A stretch of 62,042 nucleotides of DNA, counting the filler, from Dirinaria sp. TL-2023a (taxonomy: Eukaryota): assembly GCA_051941275.1 (NCBI GenBank). It is 13 parts of 13 records of this genome, joined end to end, with 100 filler letters (N's around TTAATTAATTAA, not from the genome) between each part and the next. Parts side by side here need not be neighbours in the genome. Positions count along the whole stretch, not along the records: positions 33,513 to 38,191 come from JAVEBF010001795.1; positions 38,292 to 42,965 come from JAVEBF010001796.1; positions 43,066 to 47,738 come from JAVEBF010001797.1; positions 47,839 to 52,508 come from JAVEBF010001798.1; 9 more parts are not named here. One strand, given 5' to 3'. Positions within the stretch are counted from its first letter, which is position 1. Every line of letters starts with the position of its first letter. The notes below the pieces were generated by a model. That model was not told where the DNA came from. It did no database searches and was given only the letters and a program-made list of their open reading frames with translations. Shown piece after piece: positions 36,827 to 50,257 of the stretch. The translations under genes were made by a program, and so were the position numbers.

Positions 36827-37864
36827 ATGCTTTCCACCTCCATCACCTCCTTCGCTCTCCTTGCCTCCTCAGCTTTCGCCCTCCCAGCCACCAAACGCGA
36901 CCTCAGCGTCGACCAAGCCGCGCAGCTAGCCACTGGAGGACCTCCCAACGGTGGCGCCCCCACCGGCATCTCCGCCACCGCAATCGCCGGTTTCCAAGCC
37001 GTCAACTTCCTCGAGAACCTCGAGTCCGCCTTCTTCGAGCAAGGGCTGGCCAACCTGACCTACTGGAACCGTGCCGGCGAGCTCGACGCCGCCATCGAGG
37101 TGGTGACCAAGGTGCACGCGCAGGAACTGATCCACGTGGCCACGGCCGAGGGGATCCTGAAAGCGAACAACGCCTCCACCTTCGCCCGGTGCCAGTATAC
37201 CTTCCCCGTCAGCAATGCGGAGGAATTCCTCGCGCTGGCCAACATCATCACCAGCGTCGGCATTGGAGGGGTCATCAACCTGATCGCCGGGCTCGCCGTC
37301 TCAGACGCCCGCCTCGTCCAAGGCCCGGCCTCCATCCTGAGCGCCGAAGCCCGTCACGACGCCTTCTTCCGCCAAGCAGCTCTTGGTCTCGTGCCCACCC
37401 CTTCCCCCTTCGATACCCGCGTCTCGGCTCCGCTGGTGCTCAGCTTCGACAACCAGTTCGTCGTCCCGGGATCGTGCGGCGCCGCCAACGCACCCAAGTT
37501 CACGCCCATCCCTTCCCTCGTCGCCGAACCCGTCCTCCCGAACCACACCCACCACAATTATCGCTGGTACCAGTCCCCCGCCACAGGAACCAACACCGCG
37601 ATCCACTTCCGCTTCGACGCGGCCGAGGTGCAGAAAAGCAATACCACCTCAGGGCTCTTCATCGGCTGGATCAATCAGGCCAATAAAATCGCCTACACCC
37701 CGGCTCAGAAGGTCGCGGGCCAGAACGGTCTCGTGGAGACGGTCATCCCAGATGGGTTGGCGGGCATGGCGTTCGCGGTGCTTACGGGCCAGAATGCCGC
37801 GCTGGATGTCAATGCCTTGACACCGCTGACTCTGGCGGGGCCGGCGCCGGTGCAGATCTCGTAG
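36827..37864 (+). CDS. Secreted ferritin-like domain protein (Ferritin_2; Rds1/late sexual development LsdA-like)
   Basis: Signal peptide plus KR site; helical-bundle motifs NFLENLESAFF, QELIH, SAEARHDAFFR; intronless with strong C-ending codon bias. Confidence 0.85.
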   Translation: MLSTSITSFALLASSAFALPATKRDLSVDQAAQLATGGPPNGGAPTGISATAIAGFQAVNFLENLESAFFEQGLANLTYWNRAGELDAAIEVVTKVHAQELIHVATAEGILKANNASTFARCQYTFPVSNAEEFLALANIITSVGIGGVINLIAGLAVSDARLVQGPASILSAEARHDAFFRQAALGLVPTPSPFDTRVSAPLVLSFDNQFVVPGSCGAANAPKFTPIPSLVAEPVLPNHTHHNYRWYQSPATGTNTAIHFRFDAAEVQKSNTTSGLFIGWINQANKIAYTPAQKVAGQNGLVETVIPDGLAGMAFAVLTGQNAALDVNALTPLTLAGPAPVQIS

Positions 37865-38377
37865 GCGGAGGATGGTGAGCGGCTATGGGAAATTTGTGAA
37901 ATCGGTCGTTTTCGGTCCCCTCTCTTAAAGGGCTTGGTTTGGTGCTTGCTAGTGGTGGGATAATTACTTTTGAGGTTGCGTCAGGAACTTGGTAGTCAGT
38001 CCAGTCACTCTTTGGATTTTATATTTTCTTGAAACTTCTTTCTGTCAGGTTAAGCGGAGAATTTATTGACCATCGGATCCTATCACATTATCTATTCTAT
38101 ATACGAATTCAATGAGGATCATGATATAAATAATGAAATTATAGCTGACTAGTTAGTAAGCACAGATACTTCAAAAAGCAATTCCCGAAGGNNNNNNNNN
38201 NNNNNNNNNNNNNNNNNNNNNNNNNNNNNNNNNNNTTAATTAATTAANNNNNNNNNNNNNNNNNNNNNNNNNNNNNNNNNNNNNNNNNNNNCTTCAATGC
38301 CCATTGACAATCGCAAACACGGAAAAACAAAAGGAAAATCGTCGTGGTGGTGGTGGAGAGGAGAAGGAGAAGTGCCT

Positions 38378-40246
38378 TTATTTGGCGTTGTTGATTTCCC
38401 GCAAGGCCTCTTCGCGAACGCTGGCTGGGATGGTGGCGATGAAGGCAGCCACCACGCCCGCAACACCGACTGCGATACCGGAGAGGAATTTGCCCATGCC
38501 TGTTGTAGCTTTCGATGACCGGGTTTTGACTTTCTTGCGTGCTGGGCCGTTATTGTCAATGCCAACAGAGGCACGAGTGGTTTGCTGGATAGAGCTTTCG
38601 ACCGGGTGAGTGTCCTGGAGCGCGGGACTCTCCTGCGTGACTGACTGCAAAGGCAAGATTGACTGATCGCGAGGCTGGGCGTCGGGAAGAAGCGTGAGGT
38701 CCTTGGACTCTGGCGCTGGTAAAGCCCCCGCCATTGTATGCTCATCATTTGTCTCGGTGCTATCCTCCATATCGGCTGCCTTTCTCTTCTGACCCTGGCT
38801 ATTGTGGTCTTGAGGTGCAGAAGTAGATTGATTTACAAGATCCGCAATGTTTACTCGAGTAGGATTTGGTTCAGCGTGGCGGTCTCCCGCCGGATCTTGA
38901 CAGCCGATATCCGAGTTATGTGGTTGTTCCCAGTGATCTTTGGGAACAAGGGCATGCACTGATGTGTATGGCTGAAACTGAGGGTACTGATGAGGGCGAA
39001 AAGGGTCATAATTCTGAGTGGCATAATTTCCGTAGTAGCCATCTAAGCCTCGTACTAACGTTAGAGGATGTGGAGCTTTCTTCGCGTAAGAGAAAGGTCC
39101 AACATCGTAAGACTTTGAAGATACATTGGGTCCAGGCAACGCATCGTTGGATGCCAACCCTGCAGAGCGTTCGATTGCAATCTGTTCATGAGTAACTTCA
39201 TCAGATGTCAAAGCCGAGGAACTCTTCTTGGCCAAAGCAGCATCCGAAGGGCTGGGAAGTCGCGGACGAGCAGGAGCCTCATGAACGTTGTCAGGATCTG
39301 AGAAGAACCCATTATCATCCAGATCTTGATTGTAACGCTGTTGCAGAAGCCAAGTGTCATGAAAACCGAAGTCACGAGATAGACTCCGTGGAGCAGCAGA
39401 AGGCTCCGGGTCCGGAGTTAGAGCAGATGGTTGAGAAAACCGAGGGCTCTTTTCATGAGCTGTGGGCGCGGGCGGGGTAGCGTCAATCGGCAGTATCTCA
39501 GGACCATCATCGTCGCTGTCCAAGTTAATCGACTGTTGCTGCCCCTGATCAATGTCGATGGGGTTTGCTTGGGAAGCTCCGACAGAAGATACTGGAAGAT
39601 AAGGAGTGGGGTTAAGGGAATCTTGTGCCGGTGGACGGTCAAGAGCAACACAATCATCGTCGTCCCACTCGCTATCTGTGGATGGTACAGAGTAGGTACG
39701 TCTATGTGACGCTAGAACCACTGAAGAGTCTGCTCGAGATATATCAGACGACGAGTCGTGATCATCATCCGGGACTTGGAAGGTGCCAGGTGTCCAAGGA
39801 TGGAACATCAGGGACGGCTCGTTCCAACTACGCCAGGTAACGTTCACTGTGAAAGCACGGGGTGGATAGGTTTCAGTCCCAGCGGTGATCTTCACACCAA
39901 AGGTGATCACATCCCAGTCTTTCAACCGGCAGTTCTCGTATTGCAGTAGTTGACGTCCCGAAACGAATGTGCCATGAGTCGACTTGAAGTCTTGGATAAA
40001 TGCCGCTTTGGCCTCCGAGTTGATGCTGAACACTGCGTGTTTGCGGGACATGATGGGGCTGTCGAACCAGGCATTTTCCCTAGCCGCGACTAGACCTTTA
40101 TCAACGTTCTTCGAAGCACGACCGACAACGACCGTCGTAGTCGAAGGGTTGATCTTGAGGACTCGGATGAAGTCGTGGGGATCAGATCGGGTTGTTAGTG
40201 GTGTAAGAGTGATGGTTGCTTCGACGTCAGAAATGTTGAGAGGCAT
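38378..40246 (-). CDS. FHA-domain protein with C-terminal transmembrane anchor
   Basis: FHA motifs VGRASK, FDSPIMSRKHA, QDFKSTHGTFV, DVITFG; long disordered middle; hydrophobic tail FLSGIAVGVAGVVAAFIATIP. Confidence 0.88.
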   Translation of the reverse strand: MPLNISDVEATITLTPLTTRSDPHDFIRVLKINPSTTTVVVGRASKNVDKGLVAARENAWFDSPIMSRKHAVFSINSEAKAAFIQDFKSTHGTFVSGRQLLQYENCRLKDWDVITFGVKITAGTETYPPRAFTVNVTWRSWNEPSLMFHPWTPGTFQVPDDDHDSSSDISRADSSVVLASHRRTYSVPSTDSEWDDDDCVALDRPPAQDSLNPTPYLPVSSVGASQANPIDIDQGQQQSINLDSDDDGPEILPIDATPPAPTAHEKSPRFSQPSALTPDPEPSAAPRSLSRDFGFHDTWLLQQRYNQDLDDNGFFSDPDNVHEAPARPRLPSPSDAALAKKSSSALTSDEVTHEQIAIERSAGLASNDALPGPNVSSKSYDVGPFSYAKKAPHPLTLVRGLDGYYGNYATQNYDPFRPHQYPQFQPYTSVHALVPKDHWEQPHNSDIGCQDPAGDRHAEPNPTRVNIADLVNQSTSAPQDHNSQGQKRKAADMEDSTETNDEHTMAGALPAPESKDLTLLPDAQPRDQSILPLQSVTQESPALQDTHPVESSIQQTTRASVGIDNNGPARKKVKTRSSKATTGMGKFLSGIAVGVAGVVAAFIATIPASVREEALREINNAK

Positions 40247-41106
40247 CTCGAGTAAATGTGAGGCTCTCTGGCCTTCTTTGGGTGTTGGAAAGGGATGGTG
40301 TAGCTTGCTTGGTACGGAGTGGACAAGGCAAGCTCAGCAATGTGACTCGCCGGGACAAGGCGGGGGGGGGCACCACCTCAGGTAGCTGCCGAAAGCTTGG
40401 GTTCAGTGCAAACTTGCAAGAGGAGGAGTCAAATAAGGTCCAAAGCTTGTACCATTGTTGAAGAGGGATACTTGAAGCTTCCAAGTGGGAAGATGTAGAA
40501 GTCGTGGTAGAAGAAGAATCAGGCTCAGGCAGTGTAAGACCGAGAACGAGGTGAAGTGGAAAGGCAGCAATCACATGGAGGGGCTCTGCACACTGCCAAG
40601 CCTCGCTCCCGATGCGGTTAGACCGAGAAAGAGGGAGGAGAAATGAATTACCGACCCTCCTCTCTCAAAATATGTGATATGATATGTAGAGAAGATGTAG
40701 AGAAGAGAATTGAATACGAAGTGTGACAAGTGAAGCACCTGGTGTTCCATGTCCCAACACCGACGGCATTGCACGACGTGGCTGTCATAAGCTTCCAGGT
40801 CCTGGACTTCGACTACGGCCCCCTCGGCCCCTACTATCAAAACCCACTTTACGCGAGAGCGGCACGCGCGATCAGATGCCGGATAGCCATGGATTTCGCA
40901 GCTGGAATGACAAGAGATACTCGTATTATCCCGAAGACCTCGGTCAAACAAGGTAACTACCTAGGTCGTTGAACATCAAGTTCACAGATCTATATAGCAA
41001 GGTTTTCGGAACCCCATGGTCCTCCATATCCAGGTCCTCCCTTTGTCACCCGAGCCAGCGGCGAATGACCAGTATTTAGCGCCTAACGTCCCCCCCGTTG
41101 CGAAGG

Positions 41107-42626
<1,520 letters not shown>

Positions 42627-43065
42627 TGTGTGTGCGTGTGCAAAGCTGACTCCCGGTTCTGTGGGGCGCTCGGATGAGGGAGGGAATGCTTCTCAGTATC
42701 GCGTGAATGGTCCTGGAGGAGAGCGAGTATAGAAAGTTGTGTAGCGGTTTCAAGCAACGAAGCGAGTGACGATAAGCGCGGGGAAATCGAGTGGGTAGGT
42801 AGAGAGATGGTTCGAGACGAAAAGAAGACGTTACAACTTAAAGGGTGGGCACTTCAAGTAGTAGTAGTACGTCCCTGTTTCGGGCTGTGCGCAGTAGCCT
42901 CGAAATGAGACTGAGAAGCAGGAGCTGAGAATGGAGCCGGGAACCTGAAGTCAGCAATATATCACNNNNNNNNNNNNNNNNNNNNNNNNNNNNNNNNNNN
43001 NNNNNNNNNTTAATTAATTAANNNNNNNNNNNNNNNNNNNNNNNNNNNNNNNNNNNNNNNNNNNN

Positions 43066-43775
43066 CACCACCACTTCGGTCTCACGATCCCGTACCCTCT
43101 CCTCTCCAGCTCTAGTGCTGGAATCTCAAACGGCCCGCCCTCAGCAGTGGGGAGGAAGAATGTGTCTGTTTCTGGGAAATAGGCTGGCCGGTTGTAGGAC
43201 GAGAGGGTTGGCATGGAGGAGGCCGAGGGGATGTCTAGGGAGCGGAGATGGGAGGGGAGAGGGGCGGATGGAGAGCAGAGGGTGAGGGTGAAGGGAAGGA
43301 GGGAGAGGTACTTTTTCTTGGGTGCGGGTGCTGCTGATGCCGTAGGGAGCCAGGACTTGAAGAGGGACCAGCTGAGGCGGAATGGAGTGGAGGGCGGCGA
43401 TGGCGTTGCTTTCTTTGTTGTGGAGGGTTTCAGAAGGACGGTGTTCAAAGCAGTTGCGAACTTGGTTGTGGAGTTGCGACGAGTTTTGCCGGAGGTCGAA
43501 GATCCTGTATTGGCTCTGTGAAGGAAGAATTCCTTTTCATGGCCGTAGTGGATGCCGCGAACTTGATGTAGACGAGCGAGGCGTTCGCCGTTTCGACGAT
43601 TACCGTCTTTGGTGGGACTTTTAGCTGCCCGAACATGATGTTGATGGCTGTCTGTTGCGGGACTGGCTACTGAAGCTGCGTTGTTGGTAGGCGGGTCGTC
43701 ATGGTCGTATCTCCAACGTCGACTGATTTCGATGATGAAGACGGAGAGGCTGAGGATTGCTGCCACATTGAACAT
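43066..43775 (-). CDS. Hypothetical protein with N-terminal hydrophobic segment (3'-partial)
   Basis: ORF of >230 aa starting MFNVAAILSLSVFIIEISRRW and running into the spacer; TATATA about 45 nt upstream. No recognised domain. Confidence 0.5.
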
Positions 43776-45485
43776 TTTGATGGATGGCGCATTTTTGACG
43801 TGGGATACTGGGCTAAGGTATATATAGCGCGGATATTGGGGGGTTTTTCAATATGAGACAGAGGACTGGACTTCATCATGGATGAGACTTAAGAGACTTG
43901 AATAATTTGATTGCGACTATGAGTCGAAGGCCGATGTGGTTGTGGACTGTTCGATTTCAATGAAATTTCTTTAAAGAAACAAATATGAAACATCATTTCC
44001 GTATTGTAGAAGATTTTCAGATGGTGATTCCTGAATATGTGAATGAAAACGAAGAGAAAGGTCATAAAAAGGCAATAGATTCACGGCTCCTTAAATCTAG
44101 CTTTGCAAATGTCGTAGGAGTCAGTGATCGTAAAGGACCTACTTCTGACTGTCAGGCTTAAAGGAGGATTATTCTTTTGAAGGCGCGGCATCGAACAGAA
44201 GACCTTTCCTTTTTCTAAACCACTAAATTATCCTCATACTATTAGTAGATAGATCCGTGTGAAAATCTCAACGGGTGCACTGTTGAGCAAGCAAATCACC
44301 AGTTAGCGAAAGGAATCATTTACTGCATGTATCGATAAGAAGAGAATTCACGGTGCTTGATGACGTGTACGTTATATACTGAGTAAACTAGCGTAATCAA
44401 AGTATGTTTGCTGTCGACTTGAGTCCTTGATAAACTTTGCTAGAGAGCACATACACTACTTTCTTGAATCGGCTTGTCATGATCTCTGCTCGATTGATCA
44501 AGCAGCACCACTTGCAACAATCTGCTGACAGAGAGGGCAAGATGAGCATGGATGTCTAGCATCTTGCATCGATAGAAATACGTAGGAAGACAGCTCCCAA
44601 GTCTCGATAGGAAGAATCGCCAAATGTATGGAACGATACCAGACTTCTAGCAGTCTATAAGTGCTCCTGCTTTCATAAACCACGCAACGCACGCCAGCTC
44701 TGAAGCCAAGTGAATCTCCGGTGAGAGAGTGTAGAATTTAGCCCGCGAAACAGCAAGATACAGCGTAAGCTGAACGTAACACGCGAGGTGTCATGAAGTC
44801 TGCTCATCAATCTGGTGTGCATCATTGTCGAGCGGCTCGGACAGTATCTTCCGCTTCGGGCCCGAGGGTTCTCGGGCGCAATCCCCAGGCTGTGCCGAGG
44901 ACAGTGAAAGAGAGCTCAACATTACAAAGCGAAGAAGACAAACCAAATTTCAAAGAGCGGAATAGCGCAATGGGACAAAAATCCTAAAAGACAAGCAACA
45001 GCCACTGTCCTGCATGAATGGTAGGAGGATTCGGGGGCGGGGACGGGGATAGGGTTAAATGCCATTAGGCTGGCCGTATAGGATGTACATAGAAGTAAGA
45101 TCGTATGATGAGGGAGCAGTCACATCTATGGCCGAATTTGAAATGGCACGGTACGTTAGCTGGCACAAAACTGAAGCCACAATTCGTTTATATCCAGTTA
45201 AGATCAGTCAGCAAAAAAGAAGCGAGCGGTTGCGCCAGCGGAAATTTTCCGATCGCACTAACCGGCGCACTTGCTTTGCTTCTAAACTAGAGGATGCGCC
45301 GATCTTTTTCTGTTGCCTGTGAGCTTGCGTCAGTAGTCGATCCCTTTAGGACGCGCAACCATAGGATAGATAAAAGCCGCCGAGTGTCCCATCACATCAT
45401 GGAGCTCCAGCACCTCGATCAGCAAGCAAGAAGGCCATCAGACCGTTCAATCGCTAGCAAACCACCATAATAAATCCAACTCATC

Positions 45486-46501
45486 ATGCAGTCCAAAGAC
45501 TTCACCTACAAGACCGACTCCAACGGCGAGCCTCTCCTCGCAATAGCCCACTGGGCGAGCAGCCCACCTCACGCCAATGAAGCTTCCAAACCCATTGGTA
45601 TGTCTCTGCACCGACTTACTGCGCCATGACACCGGACTAACACACAACAGTCCTGGTCCTCCACTTAGGCGGCTTCATGGTAGGCTCCAAAGATACAGTC
45701 GCTCCCTCCCAGATCGCATACCTCACCTCCCTCAACTTCCTGGTCCTGATCCCAAACTATCGCCTCTGCCCACAAGTCAGTGCCAGAGACGGCGCCTACG
45801 CAGACGCCGTCTCCGCGCTCGACTTCGCACGCGACGTTCTCCCCTCCCAGCTCTCGGCTCAAAACGTCAACGTCGACCCAACCCGCATAGCAGCAATGGG
45901 CCACTCGGCGGGGGGCACGCTATCCTTCCATCTCGCCTCGCAACCCAACCCCCCCAAAGCAATCGCAGCCTTCTATCCGAGCCTCTACCTCTCCGATCCC
46001 GAAAGCACGATGCACAAGCCGTATGCCGCCTGGGCCAGCATGCCGACCTACGAGCCGACCCCGGAAAACGAAGACGCGGTCTGGAACCGGCCCAGCGGGG
46101 CGCAGATCTCGGCTTTCCCGCTGGCCCTACCCGGTACGGTGCCGAAACCGAGGAACGTGTGGCAGATGTCCAGCCACAAGACCGGGACGTTCATGAGTAT
46201 CATCCAGCCAGACGGCGATTACAAGGCCATTGACCCGTGCACGAAGTTCGCGGAGAGGGGGAAGGAGTGGCCGCCGACTTTGATTGTGCAGGGCGATGCC
46301 GATGATGTTCCGGGGAGCGGGGTCGAGTATATGGAGCATGCAGTTCGGGATTTGAAGGAGGCCGGCGCGAAGAAAGTCGAGCTTCAAGTGGTGCCGGGAG
46401 CGCCGCATGGGTTTGACTTGTTTCCCGGGAATGGCGTGGGTGAGGGTGAAAAGGGGGCGATCGTGAAGCGGGCTTTGGATTTTCTAAGAGCCGAGGTCTG
46501 A
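45486..46501 (+). CDS. Alpha/beta hydrolase, hormone-sensitive-lipase family (Abhydrolase_3), 2 exons
   Basis: Intron 45598-45650; oxyanion motif HLGGF, NYRLCPQ, nucleophile GHSAGG, Asp in QGDADD, His in PHGFD. Confidence 0.92.
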
Positions 46502-47263
46502 AACGAATTTAATAACTGGTCGTTTGCTTTTTGCCATGGATTGAATACGTATCGCACTTCTGTAGCAGTATTTCTCAATGTCTTTCCTTGAATAGCAACA
46601 TTTTCTCTATGACATCTTCACTCGCATCCATCATCCGACGCCAAGCCCACTCCACCCCATTTCCTCACTCCATTTTCCCATATCACCTTTTCAAATGATC
46701 TCTTTTCAGCCACGGAAAAAAAAAGTACATCCCTATAGCCTGTAACTGACTACGCGACGCATCTTTTTAGTCCGCTACTCTCTTCTCGTAAATATTAGAT
46801 TTATCGCTAATGGACTGTTATTTACCCAGGTTTCAATCGTGAATGCGTGAGTGCTCAAATTCCAAAACATCAAAAAGAAACAAAAAACAGGTAGTTTCTG
46901 AAATCCAGTAAAAGGAGAATGAAAAAGAAGAATGAATAAAAAGGGTTCGAAGCCTGATCACGGTCATCTATTTGTGGGCTTAATGGTAGCTTGCACTGAG
47001 CCTCATAATAGTATGCAATGCGCGTAATGGGTCTGCTTTGGATTGTTTGTCGATTTTGAGGGACCAAGATTAAACTCAGGGACCGGTGGAAATAACGAGA
47101 GAATGGTCTTGACTGGGTTAGTGAGGCGCCCGACCAAGCAGGAATAGGGGAGATCAAAGTGAGCCACGATCTGTCGAATTATGACCGCACCTCGCGGAAG
47201 GGAAAGGTGACTGAGTCCGAGCAGCGTACCTCGTACTGAGAATGCAAACGGTCCAAGTTTCTC

Positions 47264-47738
47264 CTACTCTGGACTGTCTGCGGACGTTTCCTCGGCCCAG
47301 GGGAGCATTTCCACCCTAGCTCGTTGCAGATCAGGATTCCCATCACCTAGTAACAATGCGAGTCTCTTTTCATCCCAGCCCTTTGACCTTGCGATTTCTC
47401 CCGCAAGCTTCACAATCACCTCACTCCACTTATTATTCTCGTCCACGTCTCCTTCGCTCTCCATTTCTAGGACATCTACGCCAACACCGCCCAGGAGCTC
47501 ACTCAAGGGGTACGCGCCGGCGAACTCCCAGTCTAGAATGGCTGCAATACGACCATCTTTCATCATGATGTTCCGTCCGTGGAAGTCTCCATGGACTAGG
47601 ACGAAAGGCTCCTCCGGAGTGAACGCTTTGTCGTCCTCAGCGATGGATCTTCGCATGTCTTGCAATTTCGCGATGAAATCCTCCTTGGATGTGTCTTCGA
47701 AAAGATCCTGGTCGATGTCCTCCTCAGGCGCGTGAGAG
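47264..47738 (-). CDS. APH/choline-kinase-like phosphotransferase (5'-partial)
   Basis: Brenner-type motif VLVHGDFHGRNIM and ILDWEFAG. The frame runs into the spacer. Confidence 0.88.
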
Positions 47739-49150
47739 NNNNNNNNNNNNNNNNNNNNNNNNNNNNNNNNNNNNNNNNNNNNTTAATTAATTAANNNNNN
47801 NNNNNNNNNNNNNNNNNNNNNNNNNNNNNNNNNNNNNNAAATCAACCCATAAAAGTGGCAGCAGCAACCTCCCCTTTCCCCTTTCCCGCTCTTCCGCCCT
47901 TCCACCCTTTCAACATCCTACGGATTTGCCACTTTCGCACACGTGTCCCCTCTCTCTCTCTCACACCAAAAAAAAAAAACAAAAAAACAGAAAAACAAAA
48001 AAAGCGTTATACGAGTACTTTATCTTGCTAAATGAATGAATAGCTATGGCTAGGAGGGAAAAAGTGATGGCGATGGGGCGATTTAGGGATTTTTAGTGAT
48101 TAAGGGGTTTTGGGGGGGGATAGCTTTTTTGTTGCGCTGATTTATACTAATCGTGCAATGATATAGAAATAAAAAAACAAAACAAAAGCAAAACAAAACT
48201 CATCTAAAGCAAGCCACAACTCTTCACGCCTAGTAGCACATGCAAAATATATAATAGGAAGGTGCAAATCCAAACATTTCCGTCTATACAAGACAAGACC
48301 AGACAAGTCGCTCTCTCGGTATATACTCTATAAAATGAACAAATCAATCAGTTCCCTGGCCTCCTGTTGCCTCGGCCGCTACTCCGCTCGCTTCGGTCCA
48401 AATCCGAATAGTCCATCTCCCCCCTCACTTACTCACAAGACCCCGTGATTTTGCTCTCTTCATTACCTTAAGAAATCTGCCTCCTGCGTCTCTATATATG
48501 CATAGGGCTCTCTTGGTTCAAAAAGAAGAGAGAGAGAGAGAGATGTTAGCATTTTTCAGATGCGATGCGAGCTTGCCCGTCGTTTTTATTGGGTTGTGCC
48601 GCTGCGAAAAATTTGTTGTGGTTTGGTTTTTCCAAGCGGTGACCCTCTTTTCCTCGTTTCTTTGGGCAATGAGCCGAATCTTGCTCGCTTGAACTCGTTT
48701 GCCTCTGCCATTCTCGTGACCTGTTCGTTTTACCGGCTATCGGGGCTGGTCGCTGCTTCTGGTAATGTGCGTTGGAGCTCAATCTATATGAGTTTGCTGC
48801 AATCACTCGTTCCTCTGCTGCGGCCCGGTCGTGTGGATGGAAGGAAGGCCGATTGACAAGCGGCTTTGGAGTGGTGTTCGTGACGGTTTGTTGGACGAGA
48901 GGTCTTCGCTGAGGTATAGATAGGCAGGGTCGGACTCTTTTGGTTTGAATGTCGGGTATGAAAATTGTCGACTTGACCAATCTCATCACGTTTAATCGTT
49001 GTCAGAACGTATGTCGTCCACGACTCCTTCCGTACTAATGATGGATCCCTGACGGTCCATATGCATTCCGCGATGCCGACTCTACTCCTTTTGGCTCAAC
49101 TCGATATGGCTTAATGATTTCGGCTTACCAGCCACAATCACCGATTCTCA

Positions 49151-50257
49151 TCACGCGCAAGGAGCAGCAGCAGTAACAGGCGTGTTAGGAGGCGTGGGTG
49201 GCGAAATGATGAGATTAGGAGTTGGAAAGGGTGTTCTGGGCGGACACCTCTGAAGCTGCGGCCAGCCCTCTTGATCCATGAAGACGGCCGAATCCTCACG
49301 GTCAAGGCTGGGATATTTCACTGCTTCAGGAGTGTCGTCGGAATCGGGTGTCTGAACGGCGCTCGGGGCAGGTCTCTCGGCAGGCATGATTGGAAATGGG
49401 AAGCCTTGGATGTCGGCCGCGAGCGAGCGCGCTGCGGCTACCATTTCTTGATCCTCTGCTGGAGATCTCTCATTGCCTTGTGGTGAGTGTGCTGAGATCG
49501 GTAGCTGGATCGCATTTTGCCAGTCTGCTTTGGTGACTTCGGATGATGTTCTTCTGTACAGCTTTCGCGCTGTTGCTTGGGTCATCGGAAGGGTCATCGG
49601 AAGAGGGGAAGGCATCCGTGATGGTCCATGGCTTGTAGCAGCTGCAGCTTCGATTTCAGGAGGTTCTTCGTCCGCACGAGTACCCGAGGCCTGAGCAAGT
49701 GTTTCCGACTGCTCAACATGCTCAAGCTCGACTGTTTCCGGTGCTGGTGTCTTCGTGCCACTGTCTCCTTGCTCTTCATCATTGCCATCGTTGCTTCCAA
49801 CCTCACTATCCGCTACGGCTTTCTGCCATTTCCTGCTCAGCAACCGTACCAAGTAAATGCACACGACAGCAAGCAGTCCTTGTACACCATAGATGAGCCA
49901 CGGGATCCAGTGGTCGGCGCGGAATAGTGGCGCACCGCTACACTCCAGTCCTCCGGTGATGATGAAGCCTTGTACCATGAAGAGCAGCACGACGAATATT
50001 GCCGAAATGGAGCCAATGCGGTATCGGAGCTTGCTTTTGCTCGGAAGGAAACTTGGCAATCTTGTACACAGCAACGCGAGGAGGGACAAACTTAGGAGGC
50101 TGGTAACGATGATGATGGCGATCCAGAGACCCCAGAACACGCCGTCTGGAGTCATATCGAAAGGTGCACCACATGTCTTGGGAAGCGCCATTTCTAAGAG
50201 TTTAAAGCAAGGATAACAATCTCCAGCGTCAATTTGCTCTATTAGGAGGGAGCACAT
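49151..50257 (-). CDS. Hypothetical membrane protein (about 3 TM segments plus a disordered Pro/acidic tail)
   Basis: 368-aa ATG ORF with three clear hydrophobic segments in the first ~140 aa and a TATA-like ATATATATAT upstream. Confidence 0.65.
   Translation of the reverse strand: MCSLLIEQIDAGDCYPCFKLLEMALPKTCGAPFDMTPDGVFWGLWIAIIIVTSLLSLSLLALLCTRLPSFLPSKSKLRYRIGSISAIFVVLLFMVQGFIITGGLECSGAPLFRADHWIPWLIYGVQGLLAVVCIYLVRLLSRKWQKAVADSEVGSNDGNDEEQGDSGTKTPAPETVELEHVEQSETLAQASGTRADEEPPEIEAAAATSHGPSRMPSPLPMTLPMTQATARKLYRRTSSEVTKADWQNAIQLPISAHSPQGNERSPAEDQEMVAAARSLAADIQGFPFPIMPAERPAPSAVQTPDSDDTPEAVKYPSLDREDSAVFMDQEGWPQLQRCPPRTPFPTPNLIISPPTPPNTPVTAAAPCA

Noticed and set aside
36760..37686. 308-aa Arg/Pro-rich ORF overlapping the ferritin-like gene
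   Set aside because: Shadow frame kept open by the high GC3 codon bias of the real gene. The same applies to 45577-46233 over the hydrolase.
40730..40972. 80-aa ORF between the FHA gene and mpkA
   Set aside because: Starts at GTG, lies antisense to the probable mpkA 3' UTR, and has no recognisable motif.
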